Shown one piece after another: positions 40,914 to 54,068 of a stretch of 64,000 nucleotides of DNA. The position numbers and the translations under genes were made by a program. The stretch covers positions 930,001-994,000 of the forward strand of contig NW_019028981.1 in assembly GCF_002105155.1 (NCBI RefSeq). The letters run 5' to 3'. The stretch comes from Lobosporangium transversale (Eukaryota). Each line of letters starts with the position of its first letter. Positions within the stretch are counted from its first letter, which is position 1. Under the pieces are notes generated by a model. The model made no database searches. It was not told the origin of the DNA and saw only the letters and a list, made by a program, of their open reading frames with translations.

Positions 40914-42605
40914 AATTAACTTGCTCATGTTAAGAACAAGAATGGATCGATTTGCTATCATGCCAAAAAAACTTTTCCCCCCTTCTAAAAAAAAAAAAAA
41001 AATACCTGAAACGCGACGGCCAGTTGTCAGATGCGGTTGTATAGGTGAGCTAATGCCGTTAGTCTCATGTGTTTCCGCGACGGTGGCAACACATGTATTC
41101 ATGGACATATCCTTCGCCGCTTCCAAGGCTTCCTTTTGAAGGAGCCATTGTGCTCGGTTACTGGCCAGTGTCGTAAGGAAAGGCGCTGCATCGGGTAAAA
41201 ATGCGGCTAAGCTTTCGAAATACGGCCGTACCACAAAGTCGGCAAATCCGAGTGAGATTTGTGCCTGATTATGCTGGTTCCGATCCATGTTGGGAGAGAT
41301 GGGCAGATTCCGAGCCTTTTCAATATCACCCTGTCGAAAGAACTCTTGAACGATCATATCAGACCATCGTTTGCAAAGTCCCCATGGCTTCACGGCGTTC
41401 GAAATATCAGCGGCATGCAAGAGGCAGTTACATAAACTCTGCCGAAGCTCTGGGGTCAAATTAAATGATGGGCGACCCATGTCGAGGCTGTGTGTTGTTT
41501 GAGTTGACTCTTCGGAGCATCCAGAGTCACTTGAAGATATAGATGATGTTGAGCTGATTGAGGATTGTCGACGATGGTGATCATGGTGATGGATATGCGA
41601 TGGTTGCTGAGCGACAGGACAGGATGAAAACCGTGAGCATAATGATGGGATTTTGTAAACAGTTGGTGATGATAATGCTGTACAATTGCAGCTAAAGCTA
41701 GACTGTGTGGGTGATGATTGAAGGGAAGTGTCTGGACCAGATTCAGCTTCTGTGGGCTCATTGTCGGAAATGGATGGAGAAGACAAAGGAGTGGAGATGA
41801 CTTCGATAAGAGTGTTGAGGTTGTTAAGCATGTCATAGTGGAAGGACATGTCTGTAGCCATGATGGCCTTGATCATGGCATCCTTCATTCCGTCCTCGGT
41901 CGGATGGTTACCCTCAGGGAGGATAGCATCAGGAGAGGAGGCAATGTTACGGAAGAGCTTATGTTTTGCAACAAGTTCCATAGCGAGCGAGCATGAGTAT
42001 TTTTCAAGGACTGAAGCCTCTCCGTATCGTTCATAGAGCTCTGTCTTTGCGTTCACTTGAAATAAATTGTTGAGGCCAGGCTAGATGCGAAGCATAAAGA
42101 GAAAAGAAAGAGAAAAGAAAGAGAAAAGACGTTTGAGAAAGTAATGGACCCATTCCTTTGTTAATCAATTGAACGTTCTATGTGAAAGAGTAAGAAGCAC
42201 GTTGATACGTTTTTAAATACTTTTTTTTATTTTTTTTTTTTATTTTTTACTTTTTATTTATTTTTTACTTACATGTCCAATATCATGACAAAGGCCAGCG
42301 AGTAAGAGCGTAGCCATGTCAGGCTTGGTCAGGTATTGAGAAGCATTCATGTCAAACAAGATGCGATAGAGAACAGCAGTGACATCGGCCGCATGGTAGA
42401 ATGAATGATAGTATGTAGCATGATAACCCTTGTCGACATCGATGATAAAGTCAAGGAGATCACTTTCGGAAATGCCTAGACATTCAACCAGACCCAACTT
42501 GGTAAACATGCCGAGGATGATGCCGTATATCTCGGGCATGGAGTAGTCCCAGACATTGAAGTCTAAGCCTCTTGGCTCGCATTTGCCCGACAAGAACCTG
42601 AGCAT
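39869..42605 (-). CDS. Class I 3',5'-cyclic nucleotide phosphodiesterase; exons 42605-42273, 42080-41006, 40833-39869 (start uncertain; probable upstream intron 43131-42609)
   Basis: YHSFYHAADV, CHDIGHPGLNN, IMATDM, LLHAADISN, EFFRQGDIEK and QISLGFADFVV are PDEase_I motifs. Confidence 0.88.
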
Positions 42606-44488
42606 CACCTTTGATTGGATGAAAAGTTTAAATTTGTTGTAATCAATTAGAGAGATGAAGAGATTGGTGAGTGACAGAATAGATGATGAACGATAGTCGA
42701 TAAATGCAGATGTTGGTAAGGGTAACAGGGATGTGAGAGAGAGAAAGGATGAATGATGACACAGAGTAAAGAGGATATGGGATAAAGGAGAGATAAAAAG
42801 AGAAAGAATGGGATGGTAGTCTAGTCTTTATATGAATTAATTCCCCTACCACATCTCATCTCCATTCTCCACCCCCCAATCCACCTCCCCTAGAATGGAC
42901 AAGAGGAGAGACTATAGAAATAGAATATAATGTAATAGGAAAGAAAAAAAAGAGGAGAGAAAGAGGCAGAGTATATTTAAATCCAATCCATCCCTGCCCA
43001 ATCCAATTCAGGAGGAAAGAAATGAATTTATGGATTGTGGGGTGCAAAGTAAAAAACCCAAAAGCCGTCGCGTGTCTTTCCTCTCCATCACTCCATCAGA
43101 AAAGTAATAATAAAAGCTCTTTCATATTTACTCTGAAAGGATCCGTGCAAGGTATACCCAAATGGCTTTAATGGTATTGTAAAAAAAAAAAAAAAAAAAA
43201 AAAAAAGTATTCTTTTCTCCCGACATCAACAGGCCGTTAGGCAGTTGAGCATCTTTTTTTTTTTTTTTTTTTTATCGTTCAATATCTCCTCTGTATTGTC
43301 CTAGGAACGGACAGACAGTGGAGCAGATGCATGCATCAACGCGACTCGCATCCTTTTCCTTTCCTTTCCTTTGCTCTGTGATGGTTGTGAGCAACAAATA
43401 GTCTTTCTCAGTCTCTCTCCACCATGCCACGAAAACAAAAAAACAAAAAAAAAAGGTGCATTGCGTGCATTGACCGACATCCCTTCTTATCCTATCCTAT
43501 CCTATCCTATTCTATCTCTCTCCAGCCATGTTGCACATGCCGAAGTAAATAAAAGGGGTTGTGATGGTCAAGAACAGGGGGAGGAGCAGAGGTGGGAGGA
43601 AGAAAGACGATAAAAAAAAGCTTCTTGCACCCCTTTCTAGTTCATACAAAGTTACATCATGTCATGCCATGCCATGCCATGGACTCATGGGCACACGTTT
43701 CACAAAGGAAAACGCAAATGATATGGAGATGGAGACTTGATGATCCAATGTTCCTGCACATCTGAATTTAACCGTTAACAGCAGCCGATCTGGCGCAAGA
43801 GGCAAAAAAAGTATATTATAACAATATACGGGCCCATATACAACTCCCTCACTCTCTCCATACCTCTTTACTCATCCACTGAGGCGTTGAGGAGAGGCAA
43901 TTTTGCATCTTAATGAAAGCAGGGGTAGAGGAGGAGAAATGATGTCGTCGAACAGGATAAAAAAAATTTTTTTTTTTTTTTTCTCATTCCAATGCTCATC
44001 CTCATTTTGCCATCCACCATTCATCAAACAAATGTGAATATAAGCCAATGGGGTTCTTTTTTTATTTTGTTTTCTTCTACAAGAAAAAAGTGCATTACGA
44101 TGCACACTTACCCGTTCACATGTAAATAAGTCGTCTGAGCTCTGTTGACAATGCCGAGTGATAAGCATGACGCTAAAAAGAGAGATGGTAACTTGAAGTA
44201 AGATAGGTCTAGTAATGGTTTAGGAAACACAATATACAATTAAGAGGAAAGGAAGAAAAAATGAGAAACGAGAGAAAAAGATAGTTGTGCAATTGCAGAC
44301 GAGTTCACTCAGTTAGTGTGGTAGGTGGGAAGGCGCATGCTCGGGCACACAACTTCTAAGAAAAAAGTTCGCTCTCAAAAAAAGACTCCGACAGGTGGTC
44401 CAAGCGAAGAAGCAAAAGAAATAACACACGTACACTTATTTTTGTTTTTGTTTGAAATGGCAAGGTTAATTCCATCAGTTCATACAAT

Positions 44489-44523
<35 letters not shown>

Positions 44524-45320
44524 ACGGGCCTTATGCCGATGTCATGCAATGTTTGTATGTTTGCAAAAAAGAAACTGAAGAGAGTTTATATACGTGTGCT
44601 TTTTAGATGAAATCGAATGTGTGCAGCCATGCGAACTATCACCCACACAAACATGAGAGAGAGGGGTGGTAGGATAGTGATCTAGTGATATGCTTCAAAC
44701 CATAATGGTTTAGTAATATTAAACAAATAGAAGACCACTCTTATATGAAGATGTGGTTTCCGCTCATCTAGGCTTTTTTTTTTTTTTTTTTGTCATTCGC
44801 GTTATATAGATTACATTTGATGAAAAAGACAAGCATGGAGCAATGGTGACTATATTAAAATTATTCGCCGGGAATTTTTTGGTCTCTACTGATTCACCGT
44901 TCAACATGTGTTCATACACTAAGGGAAATTTTTTTTCTTTTCCTCCTTGACCAACATTACGTTGTGATGAGCAGAAGACATGTGTTTGCACGAACTGAAG
45001 AACGAGGGATACATCTATTTACCTGTTTCAATCTTCAATAGCTTTTAATAAAAAGAGCAGTTTATAACCCAGATGTTCGAGTGAAGATGAAGAAGAATGT
45101 TGTAGTCAGAAAAGAGGACAGATGTTGAGCAGAATCGTGAATAGGGGAAGAAAGAAGGAGAAAAAGGGGAAAGTATTAATTGTGTTTATACTTTATACAT
45201 TTTTATACATCTTATTGAACCTCCGTTGGGTGTATTGTAATTGGCATTGAACTGAATTGAGGCATTTATTTATTCAACGTGGTGCACTAACATGCATAAA
45301 AATACAGATGGCATTGTATT

Positions 45321-45378
45321 GATCATGATGATGTTGGAGCCACCATCATCATCCTTGCCAACTTTCGTTCTCTGATCC
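45321..45378 (+). ncRNA. Candidate box C/D snoRNA with 18S rRNA guide
   Basis: Box C ATGATGA 45325-45331 and box D CTGA 45372-45375, directly preceded by AACTTTCGTTCT, the reverse complement of conserved 18S AGAACGAAAGTT. Short, weak terminal stem, register shifted by 1 nt from the known guides. Confidence 0.35.
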
Positions 45379-45691
45379 TCTCATTACTATTCGCAGGTCT
45401 CTATTTGTTTGCAACAGTCGACTGCACAATTTTTTTAAACATACAATACTTATACGCCACAAATCATTATCGCCTTGACCACTCAACGCATGTGTTTTTT
45501 ACGTGTATTCATTGCTTTACTTACAAATGTACATTTCCATTGCGTCGTTACTGATTTGTCGTGTTTCTTCTTCTCCAATGTCATGTTCACGGATCACGGA
45601 TCAGGAATCTTTTGTCACAACAAAATAAAGAGTGTGTGTTCCATCTTTAAAAAAGACCTGACACCAAGACAGAGTCTCACCAAAGAGATCG

Positions 45692-45725
<34 letters not shown>

Positions 45726-47411
45726 CACCTATCCCTCACAAGGGCCATATCGGTACTTTATCTTTTTTTTTGCCTTTGATATCCATCTAGGATAACCAAA
45801 GGGGAAGGGGAAGGGGAATGGGATCAGAAGAATGGCGGGAAAGAAGGTCAATCATCTGTTGTTCATTGATAAAGTTTGACAACTACAATAGGCTTTTTTT
45901 TTTTTTTTTTTTTTTTTAGAAGGCTAGATAGGCAATAGAAGGGAGTTTTTCATTGGTCATCCCTTCAATTCTGTCACGGTTTAGAAGACCACATTAGAAG
46001 ATTAAATAGTCAAGCATCCCTAAATGAAATCAATTGGGTTCATGCAGTGTGTAATCATTCCATCCTCTCTTTAGTCAATGTGTGACAGACATCGGACTAA
46101 AATAGGGAAGTTTATGTAAAAGTTCACGAACAGTCTGAAAGCGACAGCAACTTTTTTTCTAAAAAGAAAGCGATAAAGCCAAATGAATGGAACCGTAAAG
46201 TCCAAAATAAAAACAGGGCTACAAGGGGTTTGCAGGAACAGAATTACAAGAAAACCACACGCACATCCTCATTAAGCCATTAGACCGTTAGGTAATTCAA
46301 TTGTGGTTTCTGATTTAATTGTTGTTATAATGCAGTAACGATGGATGACCTGCCTCCATGTATGGCTCCTATTGCCGGTAACGTTTTTCTGAGCTGAGAG
46401 AAGCCATATCTTTCAGAATCTGTGTTGGGAGATAAGTAGAACGGTCAATATAGCGGATATATGATGGATATCTACGAGAGAAAGATGTACATTTGGCGAG
46501 GTCTGCAAGGCTCCCGAAATTCGTGTGGACTCGATATTATGTCGGATAGGGTGTGACTTGGCAAGCCATTCCACCATCGCGGATGGGTGGTTTTCATGAT
46601 AGTCTTGCAGGCTACATGTACCAAGGTGGACCCATTGTTCCCGTAAGGTTCTCTAGCAGGCATATTTGGTTCTTTTACTAGAGACAGGCATCGGAGAACT
46701 TTCTACTCGACGCTTTTAGGGCATCAGCATGATCCGTTATAAGCATGGCAGGAAAATTAGATCCTGTGACCATACAGCGGTATGATTTATCCATCATTAC
46801 GCGAGCCTAGAAAAGTGTCTGACTCTCCACAATTACGCGAGCATTCAGCGACGTAATTTGGATATTCGATAGTTGATTTGTGTGTATGTCCTTGGGGAGC
46901 ATTCGCCTGATTTTGGTGTATGGATTTTGATTTCAAGGGATTGACAAAGCTATCAGTCTCTTTATAAAAAGAGTAGAGTAATTCAAATCATTACTTTGCG
47001 CTGTTCCTTTCTAAACTGACTCGTGTTGCTCATGTTCTAGCAGCTGGAACCATAGTCATGACTAAAAGCATAATTATTACTATCGTTGTCATCGGTCAAA
47101 GACAAAAGTAGGGGGATATCCTCATCTCTGGCGTGGGTCTGGGTTTACTAAAAGTTGATCTGAAGGCATCCCGGTTGGCCTTTTTCGAGAAAAGAAACAT
47201 CCAGTTAGTAGGATGTCACGTGCGATTTGCCTATAGTACTACTCGCAGCAGTTGGGGGCAAGCGCCGTCAAATAAATATCCCGTAGTCATTACCATTCAT
47301 GGCAAAAGATTGTAAATTCTTTAATCTATTCATTCCATTCCTCATTCTCCTCTCTTTGCCTACTTTCTCTTTTGCCTACTCTCTCCTCATGCCAACATAG
47401 AATAAAAAATT

Positions 47412-50400
47412 ATGGAGCGTGAAAAAGAGGATGATCCATACGAAGCCATTGGATATGGAGACTTTGGATCCTACTTTCGTCGCAAGAAACAAAAGCTACG
47501 GCTGCAGCAGGAAGAAATGTAAGGAGTCGATTTAAAGATTTATCCTATTTAGTAGTCCTGTGTTAATTGTATTTCCTTAATTTCATGACAGAGCTGCACA
47601 GATTGCACCGGGTGTCCAACAGATCTTTGAGGGTATTGTTGTCTATGTGAATGGATACACATATCCCCCCATTCATGGTAACAACAGATATCTTTTTTAT
47701 TTAATAATGAAAAAAACAAAAAAAAAAAAAAAACAAAAAAAGGTTAAGTAATCACTTGGATATCTATTGTTTTATCAAGAAAGGTGAAATAATACATCAA
47801 CTTGCTCTTTATGATAGAACTCAGAAACTTGATTGTACAACGAGGCAAGTATACATGCTCACGCACTATGAGGTACAATGCATCACCTTTTTTATAATCA
47901 GGCAAACATTTCAATTGTACTAAACATTGTACATAATATGATAGGAGGTGAGTTCCGGCAATACTGTAAGTAGTGGCAAACCATCTTCAATTGATCAAAG
48001 CAAAGTATTTATTTATTTTTTTCATTGCTCACTGCTAACAGATTTATTGTATCATTTCAATATTACCATTAGTATCAAAGAGTTCCACGACGCATATCAT
48101 TGCGTCCAACTTGACGCAAGCTAAAATGAAGGAGTTCCAGTATGGCTATTACTATCCGATATGGCTTTAAGACCCCTTCTTTAATTTTATACATGGCTGC
48201 TTCATGAGCTCACAGTGTTCTTATAATTTATGGCTGGTTCCTTGATTTAGAAACTATAAGGTTGCGAAACCTGAATGGATTGTAGAGAGCGTCAAAGCCA
48301 ACAAGCTTCTACCTTGGCATAAATTTAGTACTCTGAGAGTCGCTTCATCATTTACGAAGTTCGGGGAGGTATCTTCATCATCAACCTCCGTATTATCCCC
48401 AGATGCCTCTAGCCGCTTCTCGAATGCCGGAACAACTACTATCCCGTCTCAGCCTGCAAGTTTTGTGAGCACAGGTAGATTGGCCAATATCCAGAACGAA
48501 GCATCAGTTCGAGAAGTTACTCAGAAGGTGGATGATGCGCTCTATGAAGATCAAGCCTCTGAGATGCAAAGGTGCAATACCAAGCTTGAAGAGGGCGAAA
48601 ACCAGTCAATTGGGGTTCAATACAATGAAGATGAGCTCTTCTCAGGCGAGCTTGATTTGGAGGAACTTCAAAGTCTTCTTACACCTCCGAACGATAATGA
48701 AGATCATGAGCTGGAAGGACTACCTGACAAAAATCAGGACCCATCTACCATCAATACGACTTTCGTTCACAATCCATTTGTCAATGTAAATATGCAATCA
48801 CCAATGGATGCAATGACAGGCGCTGGTAATGATGTGCAGACAAGCGTAGATCACATCGCATCATCTGATGATCGCCATCCTACCCTGATCGAGCTCTCAG
48901 TCCCATGGAATCGTCTCAACTCGTCTGTACAGCCTGGTTTTGTTGAAAAATTCTACCAATCATCACGTCTGCATTACCTTTCCGCGTGGAAGGCAAAACT
49001 GAGAGAACTCACAGCAGAAATACAAAAGGACCGGGTTCCTCTTAATTACAAGAACAAAGATAAGATCATAATGTAAAATGATATAATTCAAGCCTTCTTA
49101 GGCCCATTATTCATGGATCGCATTATTATTACTATTGAAGAAATGCTAATCTAGAGTCTTTTTATTTTTCGATATGTTTGGCGGATTTATTTGCCGCTAT
49201 TGATATACAATTTAGGCATATTGACTTTGACTGTTTCTTCGCGTCAGTCGCGACGAGAGGAAAGCCCGAGCTTCAAAATCGACCTGTTGCTGTCGCGCAT
49301 GGGTCAGGAGGGTCAACCTCCAACAGTGAGATAGCATCCTGTAATTACTTGGCCCGCAGTTTCGGCGTTAAAAACGGAATGCATTTGCAGCGTGCCCGGA
49401 CTCTTTGCCCAGATTTGATGGTTGTGCCGTACGAATTCCAAGAGTACGAGGACATCTCAATTGAGTTTTACAAGATCATCTTAAGTTACGCGGATGAGCT
49501 CCAGGCCGTCTCGGTAGATGAAGCGCTTGTCGATGTCACATCAAAGTGTATTCCATATTGGAGTATGGATGGTCATCATCAACAGGCTGAAGAGCTGTCA
49601 GTCCAAATGGATCCTGGAGCGTTAGCTGAGCAAGTGAGGAAAGAAATTTTTGATGCTACAGGATGTCATGCAAGTGTTGGCATTGCACCTAATATCCTTC
49701 TTGCTAAGTTGGCTACAAAACGTGCCAAGCCTCATGGACAATACATCTGGCCGAGCACTCCAGGCTCTGAGAGGACTCTCCGTGAGCTTCAAGGCTCAGT
49801 GTCACTACTGCTACCTGATGTTGACGACGAACCCGATCTGACATTGCCTGGTAGCGACAATGGCTCTCAATTCCACAAGCCCGAGACGCCAGTGGCTAAG
49901 AAGTCAAAGTCGCAAAAAGAATTTGCTGTACAAGATCTACCGGGCGTTGGCTATAAAACAATCCAGGAGCTTGAGGAGCGCTTTTCGGCACGAACGCTGT
50001 ACGAGCTTCAACAGATACCCAAAGAGGAGCTTCAGCGGGTTTGTGGGGTAAAAACAGGGGAAATGCTTTATAATTCTTGTCGAGGAATCGATGAAACAAC
50101 CCTTGCATCTGACCGTGAAAAAACTCGACAGAGCGTTAGTGCCGAAATCTCTTGGGGTGTACGCTTTGAAAACCAGGAGCAAGTGGATATTTTCATTGCT
50201 GATCTAGCTAAAGAAGTTAGCAAACGTTTGAAGGAAATCAACCGAAAGGGCAAATCCGTTGTGCTCAAAGTATGGGATTCCCCTAAATGACATAATTTTA
50301 GTTAGCATCCTTTTGGAGGATCTTTGTATGTATTTATTTTACTATTATTATTGCTTACTAATCCATGAAATGGTATTGTGAATAATACGCAGGTGATGAA

Positions 50401-52469
50401 GCGGAAAGAGCATGTTGGTGGGCAATGGAAGCATCTTGGCCATGGGCCAGTTGATCAATTTGCTCGGACAGGCCAGCTTCCCATCTACACAGATGATCCT
50501 GAGCTGATTAGCACCGAAGCACGCAGATTGCTATTGTACTTCAAGTTTAACGTATTGGATTTGAGAGGTAAATCGATCGACTTGTGTATTTGAGCTACAA
50601 GCACACGAGGATCCTGGGCAAAGGAATATAGAGGGCTAAGCATTACCTACATTATGGATGCTTGTTTATTGTATAGGGATTGGTATTCAAGTTCTCAAAC
50701 TCAATAATGATGCTATCAACACTACTCCAAAGCCTATATCCGTTACTACGGACTATATGAATCAGACCACCTTGACATCCACCCTATTCCAACCCAAGCG
50801 GCTCCTTTCCACCAAAGCTGCCAAAGATCCTACACCGCCCATCCAGGTTTCTGCTCAAGACAACGCACCCACTTTAAAGCCCACTGATCAAACAAAGGTT
50901 ATTGCTAGTTACAACTACACTGAGGGCGGCCCAACAATGGAGATTGACAGTGACACTTTCAAGGAGTTACCACAGGAAATCCAAGCAGAGCTCTCGCTCC
51001 AATACCGTTTAGTGTTTGTTAACCTAGACCAAAACAAGTCAACAGATGTGCAGGTCGATGTACAAGGAGAGTCTAACACAGTGCCAGTCCAGGAAAAAGC
51101 TAAGAGTAGACATATGTCGATTGGAGACGATGCTCTACCCCCGTGGTCTCAAGTGGATCCCAGTGAACTTATGGCCATGTCAACGCCAGCAATACGAGAC
51201 ACCCTGAAGGGATATGCCGTGAAGCATAAAGATAATAATGAAACTGATATTCTTAGAGATACCAACTCTGATCATTCTCTGGATAGTGGTGTTCTGCCGT
51301 CTCCATCAAAAGTAAGTCTACGAAGAATTCAGAGCTATTCTGCCAATTAATGTTTCCTGATCGGAGATACTATGTTTCATTAAACATTCTGTTTGTTTTC
51401 TATTCTGGATCCATCATAGTTGGATAAATCAGTCCTACAAGCTTTGCCTCCTGAGATACGAGCTGAGATTGAGCAAGAGTATACCCTTATTATGGAGAAC
51501 CAGGAGTTAATCCAAAAGCTTGCTCAATCTGGTTCGGTGGAGTCTGCTAGACCTACTCCTGGTGGGTTGCTCCTTCAATCATCAGCCTTGATGGAGCGCC
51601 AGGGTCTCGGCCGAGGGAAAGGTAGAAATGTAATACGTGGTTCCGTCCGCAGCCGTCCTAGAGGTAGAGGCCGTGGCCGAGGGAGAGCTATTGGCGGAGA
51701 TATAGTTCCAAAGCGGAACAAGCATGGAGGTATGGAGGGCTTTGAAAACAGTGGGCGATCACTACACCAAAGAGCTGGTCCAAATGATGTTACAGATGCT
51801 CAAACCAATCAAATACCGGACCTTGATGAGAGCTTCTTGCTTGCATTGCCTGAGGACCTTCGAGCAGAGGTAGTGGCTGCACATAGATTGGAGGTGGTGA
51901 AGAGCCGACGGAGACAGGCCGATCTAGCTGATGCAGCCAAGAACAACCGACCCCAGGACTCGAGACATGGTGCAGAGCACAATAATTATGGAAGAGGATT
52001 AGGGGAGAAAGGATTTGTTCTGCTAGAAAGACCAACGCTTATGAACATGCGTGGAGTGGATGAGCTTCGCGGGATGTTGGCGGAATGGGTGCAGTCCACT
52101 CTTGTATCAGGCAGCGAACAGCCTTTACAGGAACGTCTTACTTCTGCTACTGCTGAAGACCACTCATCATCATCTTCTAAAGTTGATGTCACACTTTATG
52201 ATGAAGGACCGAATCCAGAGGATGTGCAGTCTTTCCTAGAATTCCTTGTAAAGATTATTTACATGGAGCGTGATTTAGAGAGAGCTCGATTGCTTCTGCG
52301 GTACCTTCGAAGGAAGATAGCACAGAACCAGAGCAGAGCAGCGCCGGCGGATGCGAATCCCAAGCACATTCAGGTGCTCATGAGCTGGCCAGAGGCTCTG
52401 CAAAAGGTGACGAGTATTGTAAAAACAGTGGTACTACAGATCTACGGGGGTTCATTTGTCCTAGATTGA
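47412..52469 (+). CDS. REV1: Y-family translesion deoxycytidyl transferase Rev1; exons 47412-47518, 47592-47677, 47818-47844, 47945-47965, 48073-48139, 48251-49072, 49216-50269, 50393-50567, 50677-51311, 51420-52469
   Basis: GDFGSYFRRKKQKL, BRCT (IFEGIVVYVNGYT...THIIASNL...PEWIVES), FYQSSRLHYLSAWK, HIDFDCFF, ASCNYLAR, AVSVDEAL, three UBM-like LPxE/D(I/L) motifs and a C-terminal helical domain. Confidence 0.95.
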
Positions 52470-52962
52470 CTTGCTGTTATCAAAGCCAAATGAATAAAAT
52501 GATATAGAATTGCTTGTAGAATTGGTAGAGCTGGGGGGCCAGGGTGACATATGTACTTTATGTACTTAGAGCTCGTTCGCAAGGAGCCTGACTCATGCAC
52601 AGGATTTTGGGGATAGTCATGTTATCTTTATTTTCTCAACACGCTGTTTTGATAAGGATTGACGACTCTACTGAGCTGCACAAGATAAAATCTAATCATT
52701 CATTACACTGCTGTTGCCATATTCAAGGTACCACCTTCTTTACCCATAGACTTTGGAGGCTTGAGGTTTGCTTAAACGTCATAGTATTTGATTCCCCATA
52801 ACACACTGGAATAGCAGGACCCCAGGAGCCAAAAGGCCATGTGTCGGCTGCCCCTGAGGTTACAGAGCATCTGACTGGACCTACTTTTTTCTCTTAGTAT
52901 TATTAGTAAATAAGCTCTAAAGACAGAATTGCTTCACGTTAGTTCCAACACAGCAACACGGC

Positions 52963-52996
<34 letters not shown>

Positions 52997-54068
52997 AGGT
53001 ATACGGGCCAGAGAGGGACTGCAACAAAGCCTCTTGAGAATTGTTTTTTTTTTTTTTTTTTTTTTTTTGCATTTTATGTTGAAAACTTGAATGCAGCAAA
53101 CGGGACGGTGTTCCCTATTAAAGCTCGAAAGCCGTGGATCTCACACCGTTGAAGCAGGTCTTAAGATCTAGCCTGCCTTCAAGGATAGTAATACTGATAT
53201 CTCAGTGTTCGAGAAGTATGAGGTCTTCCATAACTCTTGAATCTTTAGGAGCTTTTCTGGGGGGTGCAGCTGTGATCGTATGCAAATGCGCAGGCACGAA
53301 CTTCAATAGCACTTATGATATGGAAGTGGGAGAGTGATGGTATGATGGTACTGAACCGCCCACGCACGTTGATCCCTCCAAACAAAATCTCGATATCATC
53401 TGCCCTCTTGATCTCCGTATCTAGAGCTGGGAGACAATCCTAGTTTCGGACAAGGTATTCGATTATCATATCCATACTTTGGGAATTAAAAGATGGGAAT
53501 ACCAGAGGTGGCAAGCATGTAGCCTCCGTTAAAGGCAAAGACTGTAGGAAGGATTGCGAAGTATGGAGGGTACCATAGCTTTTCCTTACTGCCCAAGGGG
53601 CGGAGTAAAGAGGTAGTGACATGAGTTAATTTTATTTTTGAAAAGAGATGAGCTTAAAGAACAAATATGCTCAAGGTAAAGCTTATGTGGCACCCCAAAC
53701 ACCTCAAATGACTCGAAAAACCAAAAAATGTGCAAAGTATTGGCAACCTCCATGAAAGATACTGATTGAGCCGTGCTGCTAGAGTATATTTTTTATGCAC
53801 AGGTATTCCTCTTCCACATTCATGTACATAGATATATTTAAGCTGACAATGCTTGTGTGAGTATTTAAGTCTCCGGCATATGTTGTATATTCCCAGTTCA
53901 ATGGGGGTTATATGTACAAAAAGGTCCTCTCTTGATCACCACTGTCGACTCACCGACTCACGCAGGCGTCCATTGAATTGTTCTAGTGGGTTAATTATCG
54001 ACGCGTGTTGTAACACGTACAAGAAGGATCGTCAAAACTTTGATCAGGCAAACTTTAAACGACGAACA

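Noticed and set aside
44961..45004. Second GTGATGA...CTGA pair
   Set aside because: Boxes only 24 nt apart and no convincing rRNA complement.
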